The position numbers and the translations under genes were made by a program. Below, one piece after another: positions 55,100-64,000 of a DNA stretch of 64,000 nt. Each line of letters begins with the position of its first letter. The first letter of the stretch is position 1. The DNA is taken from assembly GCA_051294375.1 (NCBI GenBank), contig CM119267.1:19278773-19342772 (forward strand), read 5' to 3'. The notes beneath the pieces were generated by a model, which did not search any database, was not told where the DNA came from, and saw only the letters and a program-made list of their open reading frames with translations. Source of the stretch: Paraspadella gotoi (taxonomy: Eukaryota; Animalia; Chaetognatha).

Positions 55100-58083
55100 A
55101 TGAAAGACAATGGCGACATCAATGAGGGCAGTTTGGTCTTAGGGAAAATGTTCTAATTGATAGATAGTGACTTGGAATAGTGGTGGATTACAAGGGTGAT
55201 ACAGGTCAAGAGGAAGGTGAATTGGGTTACTCAAATTTAATTAAATCTTGATAAGGGATTTAGGTAGATTATTGTTTGTAGCAAGAGAAACACCATTGTA
55301 GAAGATGACGCTGAATTTATGTCAAGCAGTAAGATAGATATAGGAAGCGATACAAGGTTATTGCTAGCCCGGCCTACTGTGAGTGAGTGTTTATGCGGGC
55401 ATATTATTGTGTTGTAGTTGAGATGCTTATAGTGATTGTATTATGTGTAGTTGACTGGCAGGTCATGTCAGTTAAGGTAAAAATAACAGTGCTTTGGTAA
55501 AGTAAATATAATTTTGTTGGTGGTTTTAATGGAGTGAGTAGTGGATTTGGATTGTGGAGTCATGGAATAGGAAATTGGATGAAGTGATAGAATGAATTGT
55601 GTCTAAATGTTGTGAAAGGAGATCTTTAACTTTGTGGAAGAAAGCATGAGATAGAAGGAGTGATTTTACTGACAAGGTATATAGGTTCTTGGTCCGATTT
55701 TGCAGATGTAAAGGAGAATGCGGATGCAGATATTTTCGACTTTTGAATGTGATGAATAATGACTTTTACTTTTAAATGGGCGGTGATAATTGAAAGTCGG
55801 ATGATAGAGTTTATGCTGAATATGACGAGTAGCAGGGGAAGTGGGTAAAATTCACTTCCTCAGACTGTCCTGGGTAAATTTTTTATTGTATCATTATTAT
55901 TATGTTAATTTTGCTCGATATATATATGATAATTAATTGTTAAAAATAGGTTGTGGTCTGGAAGTTTATTTTTTCTTTTGTTTGATATTGAATAATTTCC
56001 ACTTGTTTTAGTGAAACATGGTGAAGATTTTAAACAAGGTAATGGATTGAGTTTGGGAATATATGGGTGAAGGTGGGACTGTAAGGCAAATCTGTTTTTT
56101 TGCGCAGTGTTACTTATAGAATTATGCGAGACGAAAGAGATTCAGAGAGAGTAGGATTTATCAAGAGTTTGGAAAAAGAGAAGAAAGGTTAGAAAAGAAG
56201 TTTCGAAATGATAATCGGATCTATATAATTCTAATAGGATCATTTGGCTTATGTAAAAAAGAGTTAGCAGAGGAAAGGAGAGAAAGGCTGAGGGGGCCAG
56301 GATTATATATCGAAGAGCGTCTCTTTTCTAATTTTTGAGACCAAGGGAACCGGGCTTGGCAATTTTAGTTAGGTGTGAGAATTAATTGAATATTAACTGG
56401 TAGTTAATTTATGGATTAATAAGATAACAAGGTCAGGTTAGGAAAGGGTCAGAGGGCGTTCTTCAGTTGCCCAGAACATTAGTGAGAAATGTTTAGTAAA
56501 GGGGATATTGATAGCCAATTCAAGATGAATTTTTAAGTCGAGTGATGAGAAGATTGAGCGGAACAGCAAAAAAGATTGGTGTGGATCAGAGCGATTGGGA
56601 ACGGATGAATGGAACAAAGTTTAACGGGGAATGCCCGGGTAAGTCGCTGGGCTTGATGGTTGCCACCTGCAGAATTCTGGAAAGCTGCTATTTGGGGTGT
56701 TGGTGGCAAAATGTAATTTTTATGGAAGGTGTTTGAGTTGGTTTTTTCAAAGGGAAGGGTGATACAAGGTCAAGTGTAGAAGGGAGCGTCCGTGCTCTTA
56801 TTAGTATAAGAAAGGTGATAGAGAGGAGTGTTAAAAATGTATAGACCTGTAGTTTAGTAAATGTGGATTTAGTAAAATCGATAAGTGGTTTATTAATGCA
56901 CGACTTAGTCGAGTTTTACTATGGATTTGGTGCATGAGGATTCAGGTGAGGATACAAGGGCGAAAAATATAAAGTTTTTGCATATAATCACAGGATGTCA
57001 TTGATTATTTCAGGTTATTGAAATTATTGAATTGTTTGGCGGAGCTTGTGGTTTTTCTTGGATCTTGAGAAAAAGTGTTTTGGATAGGGTATACAATCAG
57101 TATGGTTAAAGGCTGTAAGAAGAAATTATGGGTTTTTGGGAAGAAAATAATTAGTTGGGTAAGGCATTTTTAAAGTAAGGTAACTACAGAATAATTAGTT
57201 TAGATGGCAATTGGTCTGATGAATAAATGGTTGCAGGGGATGAGACAGGGTGATCCTTCCTATGCCGCTATATATTAATTTTTAGTGGGCTGAGGTTTTT
57301 GCTATAATTTTTAGAGGAAGGATCGAATGATATAGGGAATTAAGATAAAGGGGCGAGAGAAAGGTAGGGGTCTACGTTGATGCACCAGGTTTCCTGGGGT
57401 TCAGAGGCATCCGGTAGTGAGGAGGTTTATTGGGATAAGGGCAGTTCCGTTATAAAGGGCAAGCGGGTCAAGGTTAACAAATGCGGTAAATCAGTGGGGT
57501 TGTGGTTAGGGCCTTGGAAGAATAAACCTAAGGAGTTTCTGTGGTCTGGCTGGGTGGAATAGACATGGCAAAGATCTTAAATTGGGTGGGGCGAGGGATT
57601 TGATAAAAGCAAATTTTGTTTGATGTTTTAGAGGTATAGTTGACAGCAGCTTGGACCCATTTGGGAAAGCTCGACATTGTCAACTCTTAAGGAAGGGCGA
57701 AAGAGCTAATGTATTTCGTATCCTGCGTTTAGTGGTATAGAAACGCCAGAATTGTTGACTGCTCCTTGGGGAGATATTGATGCTTTAGAAAAACTGAAGT
57801 AGAAAAATTGGATGTTCATGGCAGAATAAAGAGATGCTAAGGATAGGCTGAGGGATTCTTATTATAATGGTTGGAGTGGAGCGCTAATTAATTGGATAAT
57901 AAGATAAGGTTAAAGAAGAGAAGTATATTGTGGATTAAAGAGGTTATTAAACATGCCTAGAGGAATGCTTTGCTAAGTTTTAGGGATGACTAATTGGAGG
58001 ACACAATGTGGTTTTTGGTTGGTATATGATAGCCTTAGGGCAAAGGTAGCAGGATTACATGGATTTAGCTAGCCGATATTACG
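55100..58083 (+). mobile_element. Degenerate L1/Tx1-like non-LTR retrotransposon ORF2 (endonuclease-RT)
   Basis: Ordered remnants: GxFN (~55517), KSxGxDG (~56640), DLEKxFDR (~57061), GMRQGDP (~57237) and a YxD-like motif (~57373). No open frame. Confidence 0.8.
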
Positions 58084-58108
58084 NNNNNNNNNNNNNNNNN
58101 NNNNNNNN

Positions 58109-58109
<1 letters not shown>

Positions 58110-58141
<32 letters not shown>

Positions 58142-58345
58142 CAAGCATGCAGAAAATCTATCGAGGTTCCGGATTTGGTCTTGACCCAGCTCTGACCTCT
58201 TGAACATCCAGTGGAGACTCTATTCCGATTTGTGTGTTTTTATGACATGTAATATAACCGCGAATCTGTGTCATGTCAGTTTTTTGCGACTCCGCAAACT
58301 CGTCTTTCTTGAGATGGGATTTTTTTTTTAGTAGAAACGATTCAT
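58110..58345 (+). repeat. ~250-bp direct repeat of 49005-49270
   Basis: gagacagcaag(g)catgc..gacctcttgaa..ggagactctattcc..cagttttttgcg..cgcaaactcgt is present in both. Confidence 0.85.
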
Positions 58346-58634
58346 TTGAAATAAAAAAAAGCGAATGGAAACCGTTTGGGTGAGTTTATCTTTTAAGAAG
58401 GATAAAAATTTTAAAATGTGGCCAATCTGTAAAATCTGTAAAATGGCAATTTTTAAAAAAAGTCTTTAAAAATTTAAAAGTTTTACTTTTATTTAACTTC
58501 CGATACTCTCGTTATATTGACAGTTAAACATTATTAATATAATAACATCTTTTTAATTTTCGCAATAAAACTTTTTTTTTAATCATTAATTCGATTCGAT
58601 GACCCGTCGTCCATCGCGATCGGTCAACTCGTCG

Positions 58635-58666
<32 letters not shown>

Positions 58667-61600
58667 GTCATCGTCGTCATCGGGGCCCCGCGAAACCACT
58701 TTGGATTGACATCAACATTTGCGACACAAGAGGGAAAACTAAAGGTGAGGTTTGGAACACTAAATTCTTTCCCTCTGCGTTGTTTATTGTTTGTTCCGCC
58801 GCCTTTTTTTTTTTCTTTCTTTTTTGTGAACGTTTCCCTTTTTTTTCCCTTCTCACCATATTTCTTTTCTTCTTTTGTCGATTTTCTTCTCCAAATTTTG
58901 TTTTTCCCTTTTTTTTTTTTCTCTTTTCGTTTTATTTTTTAAAATTCAGTTTGATTCGCTTGTGTTTCATTCCTTCCTCTTTTTTTTTTTTGCAAAGTCT
59001 TCTGCCTGTCGGCCCGTGTTTTCTTTTTTTCTTTCCATCCATTCTTTTTTTCTTTCCTCCTTTCCTCCTTTTCTTTTTTTCCTTTCAACTTTCCGTTTTT
59101 CCCGCCAACTCGCACCTCCATCTACTCTGTCTCAATCCCTCAACCGTTTCTTCTCTCCCTTTTTCTTTTCAATTCCGATGCCAACTCCGACTGTTTCTCG
59201 TCTCTTTTCTTTTGCTCCTCTCCTCCGCACCATTTCTCTCTCTCTCTCTCTGTCTCTCTCTCTCTCTCATCGTCCTCCCCTCCTCCTCATTCTCTCCCCT
59301 CCTTCTCTCTCGCACCCTTCTCCTACCCCCTCCTCCTCTCGTCTCCTCTCTCTCNNNNNNNNNNNNNNNNNNNNNNNNNNNNNNNNNNNNNNNNNNNNNN
59401 NNNNNNNNNNNNNNNNNNNNNNNNNNNNNNNNNNNNNNNNNNNNNNNNNNNNNNNNNNNNNNNNNNNNNNNNNNNNNNNNNNNNNNNNNNNNNNNNNNNN
59501 NNTCACACACTCGGTTTTCCTGTATTTGTTAGTCAAAATGAGGCATTCAAAAGCATAAAATACCTTATAGAGACAAAAATATGTCCGCACACCAACAGAC
59601 AGACGGAACATCAGATCTAGGGATGAAAATGGCGCGGAGGCGGCCCGCCGAGCCTCGTCTAAACAGCGACGTCTTTTTGGCCTCGGGCCATCTCTCTCTC
59701 TCTCTCTCTCTNNNNNNNNNNNNNNNNNNNNNNNNNNNNNNNNNNNNNNNNNNNNNNNNNNNNNNNNNNNNNNNNNNNNNNNNNNNNNNNNNNNNNNNNN
59801 NNNNNNNNNNNNNNNNNNNNNNNNNNNNNNNNNTCTCTCTCCCTCTCGCCTGAGTGAACTGATCACCAGAGATGGCGAAGCTCGGGAACGACGTCGTTAC
59901 TTTTTTTCTCCGTCCAAAGACGAGCGGCGCTGGAGTTTCGAGTTGACAAAGTCGAGGGGTCATCGAAACAGTCGTAGCGACGCCGTCGTTCATTGCGGTC
60001 GTCAATGCAGAAGTCGTTGCAGGCGTCGCTGAAGTCGTCCAACTCAATACTCGGTTTCAATGGCGACCCAGGGCAAAATATTTACTTTTTTTTTCGGAGT
60101 AGGAAGGGAAAGGAAAGAAAACTAATAGTATGAGTAGAAAAAAAAGATTGTTAAGAAAAATAACTTTTAAGCTCAGGACATTAGGACTTTAAGAAGATGG
60201 CAAGGTTTGTTCGAGTTCTTAAAATGGGTCGTTCCTCAGCATTGTGGAATCATTCTATATAAATAATATCACTACGTTGAAGGACGATCATCGGGAAGAA
60301 ACTTTGAAAATGTGGAAAACTAAGACCAAGAAAAGATGGATCGAAGCCGGGGAATGGTGTATTAAAAGACTTTTTCTCATTGAAACGATAATTTTTAAAC
60401 ATAAACATAAACGATTAAAACTAAAAATTAGTTATCATTGAGTTTAAAGAATTACTCAAAAATACGGGATATAATTAACACAATTTCATAATGAAAAATC
60501 AATATAATTATTAACTTATTCAGAACGAACTTCTAGTAGGACTCCTGTTTTACTCTATGTATTAATACCAAAAACAATATTAACACAATCAGAAACAGAA
60601 CCCTGAAATTTTTTTTATTAATACCAAAAACAGTATTGACAAAACCAGATTCTATCTGCCATCTTACAAGAATTTAGTTACAAATCAAATACGCATTGCT
60701 AATCCGTATGTACATAGATATGTATACCTCGATTTAACTCAAATAAATAAATGGCCAATAACTTTTAAAAAATCAATAGAAACTAAACTGATCCCTCCTC
60801 ATTCTGTGGCCTTACGTCTCTTTCTTAATTTCAAATTTCACTTCTTTTTTCATTTCTCTTTTTAAACATAGCCAAATCGTAAACTGCAATATGCAAATGA
60901 GATTTTAAATCCTGCATCAAAGCGAGATTCCTACTATCTCTCGTTCTTCCCTGGGCTTCCACTTCGCGCGCGCGTAATGATCCGTTTTGGGCGAAGGGAT
61001 CGCAGAGTGGCTGNNNNNNNNNNNNNNNNNNNNNNNNNNNNNNNNNNNNNNNNNNNNNNNNNNNNNNNNNNNNNNNNNNNNNNNNNNNNNNNNNNNNNNN
61101 NNNNNNNNNNNNNNNNNNNNNNNNNNNNNNNNNNNNNNNNNNNNNNNNNNNNNNNNNNNNNNNNNNNNNNNNNNNNNNNNNNNNNNNNNNNNNNNNNNNN
61201 NNNNNNNNNNNNNNNNNNNNNNNNNNNNNNNNNNNNNNNNNNNNNNNNNGACTACGACGACGACGACAGAGAATGTAGGTTCTTTCTTTCTTTATTTCAT
61301 TCTTTCTTTCTTTCTTTCATTCTTTCTTTCTTTCNNNNNNNNNNNNNNNNNNNNNNNNNNNNNNNNNNNNNNNNNNNNNNNNNNNNNNNNNNNNNNNNNN
61401 NNNNNNNNNNNNNNNNNNNNNNNNNNNNNNNNNNNNNNNNNNNNNNNNNNNNNNNNNNTCTCTCTCTCTCCTCGAGGTGTTTTCCTTCCGCTCAAAGGAG
61501 ACGGCGCCTCTTTCACTTTGGAACATTTTTCCCAGAAATTAATGAATACTGAGATGTATAAAAGATATAAAAGACCGCGAGAGAGAGAGAGATAGAGAGA

Positions 61601-62848
61601 TTGCAGAAGAAACACTCGTTCTGCCTTCCGGTTTAGCCCACTCTTCAGACCGAGAAAGAAAATGAGAGACGTTCTCCTTGTAGAGAGTTTTCCTCGCTTA
61701 ATTAATTACTGTCTTGGGTTCACAAAGATTGTCGTCGTCCTCGTCGTCATTGTCGTCGTCCTCGTCGTCGTCCTTCAACCGTTTCTCTCTTCCGCCGCAT
61801 TCGCGCGCCGCCTTACCCCGCCTCACCCGCCCTCACCCGCCCGACCTTTCATCGTCGATCAAGCTGTCGTTTGCTTCGAGATTCTTGTCGTCGTCGTTGT
61901 TATCGTCGTTGTCGTTGTTGTTGGCTGTAGTCCGCGCTTATGGCCGTGTAAATCGATTGTCAGTCGTCGGGCTCGAACCCGGGACTCGTAGACTCCGATA
62001 GACGACACTGATCGCGTACCCTTAATACGAGTCGTCGACCCTGAAGCAATAATAGACGTTATCTTCGTCGTCTCATTCGTTTCCCTTTTGTTCCGCATCA
62101 ATTTGTCACGGGTTACAACTCGATATTAACGAACAATGCATTCGATATATTTCAACGACGACGACGAAGACGACAACGGCGACGACGGCGATAAAGACGA
62201 CGACGACGACAAAGACGACGACGACGACGAGAATGAAACCATGCGGCGCCGCGTCATCGCCAAATTTATTCCAGTCGTAAAAAAAAACAGAAGAAAGAAA
62301 AAAAAAACAAAAGATTCGCTTTTTTTTTGATAATCGCCAAAATGAAGTCGAAGGAAAATTGTGAATTTGTGAGGAAGACTGTGAGGAAAAGTGGTGTGAT
62401 TGGGTGAGTTGAGTGGTGATGAGAAGTGGGTTTGGGGGTGAGGGTCTGGGTGGGAATAAAAGTGGGAGTGATTCTTTTCAGTCACTACAATCTGTTTGGA
62501 TAAATGAGAGGATTTATTTAGGAGGCAAATCAGATATTAAAGATTTCGTTTCAAATGATGACAAATTAATTGTAGAGCGACTTATTATTTTATTTTCTTA
62601 GTGAGCAAACCAGACTGGCATCTGTTCTGCGGCAAGATTGTCAAGTCCAGCAATCTTGTGCTCTCATCTTGGCATTGGGTCGGGCAATAGAAAGATTGCT
62701 GTAGATCGCAAGGGTGTCTGATTCTGACAGAGACGAATCGATGCAGAATCGAAGACTCGGATCAGATCGACGCCTCGACCAAATTTCGTCGGCGCCACTG
62801 GATCAATTTTCCACGCGAGAAGGAAAATATTTGGAGAGGGAGACGTGT

Positions 62849-62888
<40 letters not shown>

Positions 62889-63369
62889 GAGAGGAGAGAG
62901 AGAGAGAGAGAGAAAGTGAATAAGGAGAAAAAACGTGTCCAACGAAGAAAGAAAACGGAAAAAAAAGAGAAAAGAACCCCAGAAAGAAGAAGGAAGGGCT
63001 CCGACGCACAACCGATAAAAACAATTAGAAACCCGCGAGACAAAGTAAACAATTCGAAAAAGAAATAAACAAAACCGTAATCAGGATAAAAAGAGAAATA
63101 AAAAATAAAAACATTTAATAGAAAGAAGTCGGGAAGCGGAAAAAAGAAAAAGAAAAAAAAAATCGTAAACAAACCAAATGAGAGGAAAAAAGAAGCTATA
63201 ACGCGCGGACCGAAGAAGATAAAATAAGGAAGATCGTGAGAAATGTGGAGGAAAGGAAAAGAAAAGAAAAAGAAAAAAATGGAAAAGAAACGGAGAGAAA
63301 AAGATGCAAACAAAAAAGGAAACTGGAGGCGATGAGGGAAGGAGGAATATTCAAAAATATTCAGAAGAG

Positions 63370-63417
<48 letters not shown>

Positions 63418-64000
63418 AGAGTAGAAGAGAGGAGAGCAGCAGAGAGAAGAAGAGAGAGAGAGAAGAGAAGAGGAAGAGTTGGTAATCCGAGAGGTAAAAG
63501 TGTCCGACCGGAATAATGTGAAAAAGGATGACATTTTTAGAGACTCCAGAATGAATTTTGAAAACGAAATTCAAAAGTGAAGATGGCGACTAAAAACGAA
63601 GTGGCCTTGCCTCAAATTGTTTGCTTTTATAATGAAAAAGTGCCACTTAAATAATAAAACAAAACTGCGCAAAAAGTAACGAAAAATTAGAGATCATTGT
63701 GCTATTTTTTATCTGTATTTAATATTAAATCTATTGTTTTAAGTCTAAAAGAGGAAAGCGAAGGAAGACTTTGAAGAAGAGAAGAGATAAAAAAAATCCG
63801 AGAATCCGTTGGCAGAAATCAAGAAGACAAAGGAGAGAGAGGGAGAGAGAAAGCAGAGAGAGAAATCGGTAATAAAGAGAGTAGAAGGAAGGAAGAAAAA
63901 GGGGAAATAACAGCGAGAGTAAAGAGTAACGGAAAAGAGTGAATAAAGAGTGAAGAATTGAATTGTAGCCGTAAGAAAGAAGAAGGGATGAATTAATAAC

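Noticed and set aside
59845-60065. GC-rich minus-strand ORF (MKPSIELDDFSDACNDFC..)
   Set aside because: No recognisable homology or consistent splice signals; left unassigned.
61960-62000. tRNA gene suggested by B-box gggttcgagccc on the minus strand
   Set aside because: No A-box or cloverleaf could be built.

Overview
Animal (probably protostome invertebrate) genomic scaffold rich in (GA)n/(CT)n microsatellites and N-gaps. Several blocks are very indel-rich and look like unpolished long-read sequence. Two neuronal genes are visible. (1) On the minus strand at ~4.8-20.8 kb is the 3' two-thirds of an AMPA-type ionotropic glutamate receptor gene (S1, M1, M2, M3 [10 protein letters not shown]2, M4 and C-tail exons), largely hidden from the ORF track by indels. 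Between the R/G-site exon and the M4 exon it has five tandem homologous copies of the ~115-nt flip/flop-position exon, which suggests an expanded mutually exclusive exon array. An antisense-complementary intronic element lies just downstream of the last copy. Bases 1-4.3 kb duplicate 19.3-23.6 kb. (2) On the plus strand at 25.9-30.4 kb is a compact six-exon discs large (Dlg/SAP97) MAGUK with L27, PDZ2, PDZ3, SH3, HOOK and GK, whose PDZ1 appears replaced in frame by low-complexity sequence. The remainder holds an LTR element with a solo LTR, a decayed L1/Tx1-like LINE, SINE/HINE-like repeats and minisatellites. Exon coordinates in the error-rich blocks are approximate to a few bases.
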